A stretch of DNA of 64,000 nucleotides from an uncultured Akkermansia sp. (GTDB taxonomy: Bacteria; Verrucomicrobiota; Verrucomicrobiia; Limisphaerales; UBA9464). This document shows positions 20,649-28,342 of this stretch, in pieces. The notes below the pieces were generated by a model that saw only the letters and a list, made by a program, of their open reading frames with translations, was not told where the DNA came from and did no database searches. The DNA is taken from positions 659-64,658 of the forward strand of contig CAYSGH010000017.1 of NCBI GenBank assembly GCA_964430505.1, written 5' to 3'. Within the stretch, counting starts at the first letter, position 1; every line of letters begins with the position of its first letter. A program made the translations under genes and the position numbers.

Positions 20649-21638
20649 ATGACGGCCGAGGAACGGCTGCGCAAGATCCGGCAGATCGAGGTCCGGACGC
20701 GTCGGCTGGTGTCCGACTCGTTGGCGGGCCAGTACCACTCCGCGTTCAAGGGCTCGGGGATGGACTTCGACGAGGTGCGCGAGTACCAGCCGGGCGACGA
20801 GGTGCGCACGATCGACTGGAACGTGACGGCGCGGATGAACCATCCGTTCGTCAAGAAGTTCCGGGAGGAACGCGAGCTGACGTTGATGTTGCTCGTGGAC
20901 CTCAGCCGATCGGGCTTGTTTGCGTCCGGGGAGGTTTCCAAGCGGGAGGTGGCGGCTTGGCTGGCCTCGATGCTGGCGTTCAGCGCGATCCGGAACCAAG
21001 ACCGGGTCGGGCTGGTCTTGTTCTCGGAGGTGGTGGAGCACTACCTGCCGCCGCGAAAGGGGCGGCGGCACGTGTTGCGGGTGGTGCGGGACATCCTGTG
21101 CCGCGAGCCGCGGTACCCGGGGACGTCCGTCAACGACGCGTTGGAGTTCGTGCGGCGCATGGCCCCGGGGCGGTCGGTGGTGGTGGTGGTGTCGGACTTC
21201 ATCGCGGAAACGCGGCCCAGCATGGAGGCCATCCAGGCACACCTGCGTCGGCGCGTGCTGAGCAGCCTGACTTTGTCGCGGGTGTCGTCGTCGTTGCTGC
21301 GACAGGTCTCGAGGGAGCACGACTTGATCGCGTTGCAGGTGGGGGACGAACGGGAGATGACGCTGCCGGGCGTTGGGCGGCTCTTGGTGGAGGATGCGGA
21401 GACCGGGGAACGGGTGGAGGTGGACACCCTGGGGGAGCGGCGGCGGGAGTCGTTCCGGATGCGTTCGGAGAAGGGGCAACAGGAGCTGACGCGGCTGTTT
21501 CGCGGGAGCGGCGTGGACGCCTTGCGGCTGGAGACGGGGCCCTCTGCAGGGGGGCGCCCCGAGGAGCAGATCATGTTGGACTACGCGCGTCAGTTGGCGG
21601 CGTTTTTTGATGCGCGCGGGAAGAGGAGGGGCCGGTGA
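20649..21638 (+). CDS. DUF58 domain protein (MoxR-associated, VWA-like)
   Basis: Contains GQYHSAFKGSGMDFDEVREYQPGDEVRTIDWNVTAR, the DUF58 signature. The alternative GTG start at 20622 cannot be excluded. Confidence 0.88.
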   Translation: MTAEERLRKIRQIEVRTRRLVSDSLAGQYHSAFKGSGMDFDEVREYQPGDEVRTIDWNVTARMNHPFVKKFREERELTLMLLVDLSRSGLFASGEVSKREVAAWLASMLAFSAIRNQDRVGLVLFSEVVEHYLPPRKGRRHVLRVVRDILCREPRYPGTSVNDALEFVRRMAPGRSVVVVVSDFIAETRPSMEAIQAHLRRRVLSSLTLSRVSSSLLRQVSREHDLIALQVGDEREMTLPGVGRLLVEDAETGERVEVDTLGERRRESFRMRSEKGQQELTRLFRGSGVDALRLETGPSAGGRPEEQIMLDYARQLAAFFDARGKRRGR

Positions 21639-22399
21639 GGCGGCAGCGCGGGTGGCGGGCTCGGGGGTTGGCCTTGGGGTGTGCCGCGTGGATGGCGGCA
21701 TGGGGGCCCACCTTGGAGGCGGCGAAGAAGACCGGCCCGGAGGCAAAGGGCCCGGCAACCCGGACGGTGCCCTTGGCTCCCGCGTCGGGCGCTTCCGTTG
21801 GAGGCGCCGGACCTGCGCCGAGCTCGGGGCAGGGGGGCACTTCGGCCCCGGTGGCGTTGAAGGCGGAGCGGCAGCGACCGGTGGAGATCCCGGACCCATG
21901 GCGATGGGTGATCCTGGGCGGGGTGGTCTTGGGGTGTGCCGGGGCGGGTTTCGCGGCGGCAGCGTGGTGGAGGCGGCGCGGGACGGAGCCTGTTCCAGCA
22001 TTGCCTCCACCGGACCCGGCGACGGTGGCGAGGGCACGGATCCTTGGGGCACGCCATGGGATGGCCGACGCTCGGTGGTATGTGGGGGAGGTTTCGGATG
22101 CGGTGCGGGGGTACCTGGAGGGCCGGTTTGGCCTGAGGGCCCCGGAGCAGACAACGGAGGAGTTCCTGGCAGGGTTGGCAGGCAAGGAGTTGCCGGGGAT
22201 AGGGGATTCGGCGGGCTTGGGCGAGTTTTTGGGGTGGTGCGACCTGGTGAAGTTTGCGGGATGGAAGCCGGGGGGGCCTGAGCTGGAGGAATTGGAGCAA
22301 TCGGCGCTGGGGATGGTGGAGCGGACGATGGCCGGCGCGGGGGTGACGGGGGCGACGGCGACCATGGTGGGAGGCGGGGGGACAGGAGGTGGCGCATGA
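21635..22399 (+). CDS. DUF4381-like membrane protein of the Bat operon
   Basis: GTG start overlaps the DUF58 stop (GTGA). Has a single TM helix (WRWVILGGVVLGCAGAGFAAAAWWRRR) and a C-terminal LGEFLGWCDLVKFAGWKP motif. Its position between DUF58 and BatA is the conserved one. Confidence 0.6.
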   Translation: MRRQRGWRARGLALGCAAWMAAWGPTLEAAKKTGPEAKGPATRTVPLAPASGASVGGAGPAPSSGQGGTSAPVALKAERQRPVEIPDPWRWVILGGVVLGCAGAGFAAAAWWRRRGTEPVPALPPPDPATVARARILGARHGMADARWYVGEVSDAVRGYLEGRFGLRAPEQTTEEFLAGLAGKELPGIGDSAGLGEFLGWCDLVKFAGWKPGGPELEELEQSALGMVERTMAGAGVTGATATMVGGGGTGGGA

Positions 22400-23391
22400 G
22401 GCTGGAGTCGCCATGGTGGTTGCTGGCGTTGGCGTTGATCCCGTTGGCGGGGTGGCTGGGTCGGAGACTGGGGCGGGAGGTGGCGCTGGTGTACTCGTCG
22501 GCGTCGTTGATGAAGGGGATCACGGGGCTGACGCGGTCGCGGTCGGGTCGGTTTTTGTCGGGCTTGCGCTGGGCGGCGTTGGCGTTGCTGGTGGTGGCGT
22601 TGGCGCGGCCGCAGATGGGGGCGGGCCGGGCGCCGTTGAAGGCAAGCGGGGTGGACATCGCGGTGGCGCTGGACTTGTCGGGCTCGATGTTGGCGGAGGA
22701 CTTTGAGCTGGGCGGGAGCCGGGTGAACCGGATCGAGGTGGCGAAGGACGTGCTGAAGACGTTCGTGGAGAACCGTCCGGCGGACCGGTTTGGGCTGGTG
22801 GTCTTCGCGGCGCGCTCGTACATCGCGGCGCCGCCGACGCTGGACCATGGGTTCTTGCTGCGGAACATGCGGCGGCTGGAGGCGTTGAACGAGCAAGGGA
22901 CGGCGATTGGGGCGGCGTTGTCCACGGCGGTGAACCGGTTGCGGGAGTTGCCATCGAAGAGCCGGATCGTGGTGTTGATGACGGACGGTCAGAACAACGC
23001 CGGGGACATCCCGCCGTTGACGGCGGCGGACGCGGCGGCGGCGTTGGGGGTCAAGGTGTACACGATTGGGATTGGGACGCATGGGACGGCTCCGACGCCG
23101 GTGGGGGTGGATGGGTTTGGACGGAAGGTGTACCGGCAGGTGCCGGTGGACATCGACGAGGAGACGTTGAAGCAGGTGGCGGCCCGGACGGGCGGGAAGT
23201 ATTACCGGGCGGACTCGACCAAGACGATGCGTTCGATCTACGCGGAGATCGACAAGATGGAGAAGACGGAGATGGAGGCGCGTCGGTTTGCGGCGTGGGA
23301 GGAGTGGATGGTGTTGATGGCATGGCCGGCCGTGGGGTTGCTGGTGTTGGAGATGGCCTTGTCCCACACGGTGTGGAGGAAGCTGCCATGA
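22396..23391 (+). CDS. batA: VWA-domain protein BatA
   Basis: N-terminal TM helix, then a VWA MIDAS motif (DIAVALDLSGSM), then VLMTDGQNNAG. ATGA overlap with the upstream gene. Confidence 0.88.
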   Translation: MRLESPWWLLALALIPLAGWLGRRLGREVALVYSSASLMKGITGLTRSRSGRFLSGLRWAALALLVVALARPQMGAGRAPLKASGVDIAVALDLSGSMLAEDFELGGSRVNRIEVAKDVLKTFVENRPADRFGLVVFAARSYIAAPPTLDHGFLLRNMRRLEALNEQGTAIGAALSTAVNRLRELPSKSRIVVLMTDGQNNAGDIPPLTAADAAAALGVKVYTIGIGTHGTAPTPVGVDGFGRKVYRQVPVDIDEETLKQVAARTGGKYYRADSTKTMRSIYAEIDKMEKTEMEARRFAAWEEWMVLMAWPAVGLLVLEMALSHTVWRKLP

Positions 23392-24476
23392 AGGGGTCGG
23401 GGCTCCCATTCCTGGATCCGGCGTTCCTGTGGCTCTTGGCGGTGTTGATCCCGCTGCTGGGCTTGCTGTTGGCGTGGTCGGAGCGGCGTCGGAGGGAGGG
23501 CCTGGGAATGCTGGTGCAGGCGCGGCTGATCCCGTCGTTGATCCCCGGCCTGCGCCCGTGGCGAAGGCGGCTGAAGCAAGGGCTGCTGCTGGCGGCGGTG
23601 GCGTTGGTTTTGCTGGGGATCGCCCGGCCGTGGTGGGGCTACGTGGAAGAGGAAAGCCGGGGAACCGGCGTGGACGTCGTGGTGTGCATGGACGTGTCGC
23701 GCTCGATGCTGGCGTCGGACTTGAAGCCGAGCCGAATCCAGCGCGCGAAGCTGGCCGCGTTCGACCTGGCGCGGATGGCGAAGGGGGATCGTGTGGCGTT
23801 GGTGGCGTTCGCGGGCACGGCGTTCCTCCAATGCCCGCTGGCGCTGGACCCCGAGGCGTTCCGGCAATCGGTCACGGCGCTGGACACGGAGGTCATCCCG
23901 GAGGCAGGCACGACGTTGTCGGAGGCGATCAAGGAGGCGCGCCGGGCGTTTGCGGAGGACTCGGGGGCGTCCCGTGCCATCGTGGTGATCACGGATGGCG
24001 AGGACCACGAGCCGGGGGCGGTGAAGGAGGCGGAGGCGGCGCGCAAGGAGGGAATCCGGGTGTACACCGTGGGGGCAGGGTCCGCGGAGGGCGACGTCCT
24101 GCGGACGGCAGACCCTTATGGGAACCCGGTGTTCGTGCGGGACGAGCAAGGCAACCCGGTGCGGAGCCGGTTGAACGAGGAGTTGCTGCGGCAGGTGGCG
24201 GAGGCGGGGAACGGCTTCTACGTGACGCTTCGGGACGCGCAGGCGATGCGGACGTTGTACGACCGGGGGGTTGGGACGTTGCCGAAGGGGGAGTTTGCGG
24301 GCGGTCGGGTGCGTCAGGCGAAGGAACGATTCCAGTGGCCATTTGCCTTGGCGCTGGGGTTGGTGTTGATGGAGATGGCCTTCCCGGAGGAATGGCGTCC
24401 GCGGCGACGGGTTGCGGGCGTTGCGGGCCTGGGGCACGAATCGGGAAAGGACGCCAGCGAAGGATCGGCATCATGA
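23388..24476 (+). CDS. batB: VWA-domain protein BatB
   Basis: ATG at 23388 overlaps the batA stop. MIDAS motif is DVVVCMDVSRSM, then VVITDGEDHE. Has a C-terminal TM helix. Confidence 0.85.
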   Translation: MKGSGLPFLDPAFLWLLAVLIPLLGLLLAWSERRRREGLGMLVQARLIPSLIPGLRPWRRRLKQGLLLAAVALVLLGIARPWWGYVEEESRGTGVDVVVCMDVSRSMLASDLKPSRIQRAKLAAFDLARMAKGDRVALVAFAGTAFLQCPLALDPEAFRQSVTALDTEVIPEAGTTLSEAIKEARRAFAEDSGASRAIVVITDGEDHEPGAVKEAEAARKEGIRVYTVGAGSAEGDVLRTADPYGNPVFVRDEQGNPVRSRLNEELLRQVAEAGNGFYVTLRDAQAMRTLYDRGVGTLPKGEFAGGRVRQAKERFQWPFALALGLVLMEMAFPEEWRPRRRVAGVAGLGHESGKDASEGSAS

Positions 24477-25603
24477 GGACAAGAACATGGGTCGGGGCGG
24501 TTGCTTGGACGGCGGGCATTGCGGGCCTCGTGACGGCCTTGCCATGCTGGGCGGGCCCGAGCGCGTCGGGCGCGCTGGGGCGCTTGGCCGAGGGCGACGC
24601 ATCGGGCGCCCGACGCGAGTACGAGGAGTTGATCGCGAAGGCGCCCGGGGACGCGCGATTGGCCTTCAATGCCGGGGTGGCGGCGCACCAGATGGGGGAT
24701 TGGGAGGCGGCCGGGCGGCATCATGAGGCGGCGTTGGCGTCGTCGGACCTTGGGCTGCAGCAACGCGCCTTCTTCGGGCTGGGCAGCGCCCGGTTCCGCC
24801 AAGGCGAGGCGGCGACGGACGGGGCGGAGAAGGCCCGGTTGTGGGAGGATGCCGTGCGCCAGTACCAGGCAGCCTTGGGGTTGAATCCGGCGGACACGGC
24901 CGCGCGCGAGAACCTCGATGTTGTCCGCGAGCAGCTGGCGCGTTTGCAGCGGGAGCAGCAGCAGGAGGACGGCAAGAAGGACTCGCCCCAGCAAGGCAAG
25001 CAAGGCACGGACAAGAAGGAAAAGGGGGATCCCCAGAAGGACGGCAAGAAGGGGGCAGGCAAGGATTCCCAGAAGGACGACGCCGGGCCGTCGGGCGACT
25101 CGGGGCAGAAGGGTGACCAGCAGGGCGGAAAGGACGGCGGGAAGGACGGGCAAGGCCAGCCAGGAGGTGACCAGAAGGGCGGGGCATCGCGCGAACAGGG
25201 TGGACCCGAGCGCAAGGACGGTGGCAAGGAGGGCCCATCCTCCGAGGACGACCGTGGCGGGCGCATGGAGGAGAACAAGGCGAAGGACGGCAAGGAGGGT
25301 GCGCGAGGCCAGCGTGGCCAGGAGGGGAAGCAGGGTGACGGCACGCCCCGTGCGGCGGGTCGGCCGCAAGGAGAGGGCGAGAAGGGTGGCGAGGACGGTG
25401 CGGAGGGAGCGGTCGGCGGGGGCGCGGCGGCGCAAGGCCAGCCCGGGGCCATGTCGGGCGAGGAAGGCGTGGACGGCAAGATGGCGATGCGGTTTGCGGA
25501 GCGGTTGTTGGATGCACACAAGCGGGAGGAGCGCGCGTTGATTTGGGCGGCTCCGAGGGCGCCGTTCCAGGACGGTCGCAATGGCGGGAGGAAGACATGG
25601 TGA
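24473..25603 (+). CDS. TPR-repeat protein, BatC-like, with long low-complexity tail
   Basis: ATG at 24473 overlaps the batB stop (ATGA). Signal/TM segment, then TPR-like helices (AFNAGVAAHQMGDWEAAGRHHEAAL; WEDAVRQYQAALGLNP). Then about 170 aa rich in K/G/D/Q/E. Confidence 0.7.
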   Translation: MRTRTWVGAVAWTAGIAGLVTALPCWAGPSASGALGRLAEGDASGARREYEELIAKAPGDARLAFNAGVAAHQMGDWEAAGRHHEAALASSDLGLQQRAFFGLGSARFRQGEAATDGAEKARLWEDAVRQYQAALGLNPADTAARENLDVVREQLARLQREQQQEDGKKDSPQQGKQGTDKKEKGDPQKDGKKGAGKDSQKDDAGPSGDSGQKGDQQGGKDGGKDGQGQPGGDQKGGASREQGGPERKDGGKEGPSSEDDRGGRMEENKAKDGKEGARGQRGQEGKQGDGTPRAAGRPQGEGEKGGEDGAEGAVGGGAAAQGQPGAMSGEEGVDGKMAMRFAERLLDAHKREERALIWAAPRAPFQDGRNGGRKTW

Positions 25604-27390
25604 CGGTCGGGCGGCAGGGCGTGGGTCCGCGCGGTGGCGGATGGAGGCCATGGATGGTGGTGTGGGCACTGGCCTGGCTGGTGGGTGGTTGGGGGGGGCG
25701 GGCGATGGCACTGGGGGTGCGGATGGAGGTGGACCGGGACTCGGTGGAGGCGGGCGAGAGCTTTGTGCTGAGCCTGGTGATCGAGGGGGTCCAGGCGGCG
25801 GGACAGCCGGGCAACCTCCCAATTCCGGGCCTTCGGCTTCGCTACTTGGGGCCGGTGAGCCAGATGCAGAGCATCAATGGCCAGACCACGGTGCAGGTGG
25901 CGCATCGCTTCCTCGCGACGCCGGAGGGCACGAACGACGTGGTGATCCCGTCCTTCAACGTCCAGGTCGGCAACCAAACGTTGCCCACGCAACCGTTACG
26001 GGTGCGCGTGGTGCCGTCGGAGAGCCACGCGGAACCGGTTTGGCTGAAGGTGGTGGTGGACCGCGACTCGGCCTTCGTGGGCGAGACCTTTCCCGTGGAG
26101 GTGCAGTTGTACTTCCAGTCGGTGAAGGACGTGACCCCGCCGAGGCTGGACCTGGACGGGTTCGTCATGGGGCGGGCGGCGGAGCCCCGGCAGGCGACGA
26201 CCATGCGTGGCAACGAGCAATGGAGCGTCGTGAGCTGGCGGTTTGCGGTGACGGCCAGCAAGGCGGGCGAGATTCAGCTCGGTCCGGCGGAGGTGGACCT
26301 GACGCTGCTCACGGCGGTGCGGGGACGCCAAGGGGACATCTTCGACGACTTCTTCGGGCAGCCACGCAACGCGCGGCGGATGACGGTCAAGGGCGAGGGC
26401 AAGACGTTGAAGGTCACCCATCCGCCGGCCGCCGGGCGGCCGACGGGGTATGCCGGCGTGGTCGGGCAGTTCCAGCTTTCGGCCGCCGTGACCCCGGCCC
26501 GGCTCAACGTGGGCGACCCGGTGACGGTGCGGGTCACCGTGCAAGGGCAGGGTGGGATCGAGCGAATGGAGCTGCCCCCATGGCCTGAAACGGCCTCACT
26601 GCGAGTGTACCCGGGCACGAATGGGTTCGCGGCGGCGGATCCGCTTGGGTTGTCCGGGACGCGGACGCTGGAATACGTGGTGGTGCCCGAGCGGGCGGGG
26701 CAGGTCCGGCTGCCCGTCCCGTCGCTGGTGTCATTTGATCCTGTGGCTCGGGAGTATCGGACGGCCAGCGCCGGGGAAGTGGTGCTGGATGTTTTGGCGG
26801 GAGCCAGCGGCGTGGCCGAGGGCGCCTCGCCCGGGGCAACCGCGACAGGTGGCGCGACCAACCGGGTGGCGGGCGGGGAATCGCCGGCGGCCGCTTGGCG
26901 TTCAGGTGCGGGTGTTCGCAAGGCGGGTGGGCTTCGATGGGGCGCATCCCCCTGGGTGGGCGGCGTGGCGTTGGCCCCGTGGCTGGCATGGGCGGGCGTG
27001 GCGGCTGGGCGAGCGTGTCGTCGGCGCTGGAAGTCGCGCCCGGCACCCCCGGCACGGGATGGGTGGCGGCGCGAGATGCAGCAGGGCCGTGCGACCCTGG
27101 AGGCTGGCGAGGGAGACTTGGCGGCGTGCGGGGACGCCGTGCGTGGTTGGCTCGGATGGTGGCTGGATCGCGAGCCCGGGACGGTGACGGCCGAGGTGGC
27201 ATTGCGGGCGATGGCAGAGCGCGGGTTTGACGACGCGACCCGCGAGGCGGTGGCGGGTTGGTTTGCCGCATGGGATGCGCTTCGGTATGCCCCGCAGGGA
27301 GGGGTGGCAGACGCGGGCTTTCGGTCGGAGACGCTGCGGGTGGTAGGGTTGCTGGAAGGGGCGTTGAAGCGGGAGGAGGAGGCCCGATGA
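25597..27390 (+). CDS. batD: BatD-family (oxygen tolerance) protein
   Basis: Signal/TM segment, then repeated Ig-like blocks (GESFVLSLVIEG..., GETFPVEVQLYF, GDPVTVRVTVQGQG). Has a C-terminal TM helix. Position after BatC fits the conserved order. Confidence 0.8.
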   Translation: MVTVGRQGVGPRGGGWRPWMVVWALAWLVGGWGGRAMALGVRMEVDRDSVEAGESFVLSLVIEGVQAAGQPGNLPIPGLRLRYLGPVSQMQSINGQTTVQVAHRFLATPEGTNDVVIPSFNVQVGNQTLPTQPLRVRVVPSESHAEPVWLKVVVDRDSAFVGETFPVEVQLYFQSVKDVTPPRLDLDGFVMGRAAEPRQATTMRGNEQWSVVSWRFAVTASKAGEIQLGPAEVDLTLLTAVRGRQGDIFDDFFGQPRNARRMTVKGEGKTLKVTHPPAAGRPTGYAGVVGQFQLSAAVTPARLNVGDPVTVRVTVQGQGGIERMELPPWPETASLRVYPGTNGFAAADPLGLSGTRTLEYVVVPERAGQVRLPVPSLVSFDPVAREYRTASAGEVVLDVLAGASGVAEGASPGATATGGATNRVAGGESPAAAWRSGAGVRKAGGLRWGASPWVGGVALAPWLAWAGVAAGRACRRRWKSRPAPPARDGWRREMQQGRATLEAGEGDLAACGDAVRGWLGWWLDREPGTVTAEVALRAMAERGFDDATREAVAGWFAAWDALRYAPQGGVADAGFRSETLRVVGLLEGALKREEEAR

Positions 27391-28130
27391 ATCGGGGGAC
27401 GAGGCGGGGCGGGTTGCGCGGAATCCTGCTGGGATGGGCCTGCGGTGGGTTCCTGGGCTTGGGTTTGGCGGCGGCGGATCCTCATGAGGAGGCCCAGCAG
27501 TTGTTCGCCGTGGGGCGGCCGGCGGAGGCGGCGGCGGTGTTGGGAAAGGCGTTGAGGACTGGGTCGGCGGGGCCTGATGCCTGGTTCAACCTCGGGCAGG
27601 CGTACTCGGCGTCTGGGGAGCCAGGGAAGGCCTTGTGGGCGTGGAGGCAGGGGGTGCGCGTGGCGCCGAGGGATGGCGGCCTGCGCGCGTCCGTGGCGCA
27701 GGCGCGTCAGCGGACGGGCGGGTTGGGCGTGCATCCGCTGGCGCAATGGGCCGGATGGGCGCGCGTGGAGGAATGGGCGGCGGGGGCGATGGTGGGGAGC
27801 GCGACGTTGGCGGTTTGGCTGGCGACCGGTTGGGTGCGCGGTGGACGGCGGTGGCCGGGGTTCGGTTGGGTGATAGGGACGCAGTTTTTCTTGGCTGCTG
27901 GTTGGCTGGCGTCCGCCCTGGGCGATCGGTGGTCGCCCGATGCGGTGGTGGTGGTGCGGGAGGCTTCGGTGGCGGTCGCTCCCGTGCCGGAGGCGAAGGC
28001 GGTCCGGACGTTGGCGGAAGGGGTGGAAGTGCGGGTGTTGAGGCGGCATGGGGATTGGGTGGAGGTCGAGGTGGACGGTGCAAGGATGGGTTGGTTGCGG
28101 GCGGTGCAGATCTGGGACGACCGCCGGTGA
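27387..28130 (+). CDS. TPR plus SH3-like protein, BatE-like
   Basis: ATG at 27387 overlaps the batD stop (ATGA). TPR segment is AWFNLGQAYSASGEPGKALWAWRQGVRVAP. Has TM helices and a C-terminal SH3-like segment, EGVEVRVLRRHGDWVEVEVDGARMGWL. Confidence 0.7.
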   Translation: MNRGTRRGGLRGILLGWACGGFLGLGLAAADPHEEAQQLFAVGRPAEAAAVLGKALRTGSAGPDAWFNLGQAYSASGEPGKALWAWRQGVRVAPRDGGLRASVAQARQRTGGLGVHPLAQWAGWARVEEWAAGAMVGSATLAVWLATGWVRGGRRWPGFGWVIGTQFFLAAGWLASALGDRWSPDAVVVVREASVAVAPVPEAKAVRTLAEGVEVRVLRRHGDWVEVEVDGARMGWLRAVQIWDDRR

Positions 28131-28342
28131 ACACCTGGGGCGGGCGGCGGGCTCGAGGCAATCAAGGGTGAAGGCAGAAGGAACCCGCTGCTCGGCTTGA
28201 GGGTTCGCCGGATGTTGGAAGTCTTCGATGGGTGCTGGGCCGAGGCGGTCGTTTCCCGTTCCTTGCCTTGCTCTGCCCCCCGCGTCCCGTTTCCCGTTTG
28301 GGATCACTCCATGGTTGCAGCCGGGGACGGGTCTTGGGTTTG

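Noticed and set aside
19617-22925. 1102-aa ORF antisense to the whole moxR-batA region. Similar giants occur at 13059..16175 (1038 aa), 53953..56880 (975 aa), 15386..18097 (903 aa), 28304..30838 (844 aa), 44362..46878 (838 aa), 56918..59305 (795 aa) and 58773..60935 (720 aa).
   Set aside because: Each lies opposite genes with unmistakable family signatures. Their translations are monotonous R/P/G/A/H-rich strings with no recognisable motifs. Stop-poor antisense frames are expected at this GC content.
24953-25463. Repetitive purine-rich DNA, checked as a possible CRISPR or tandem-repeat array.
   Set aside because: It is in frame within the BatC-like ORF, the repeats are imperfect and of variable length, and there is no repeat-spacer periodicity.
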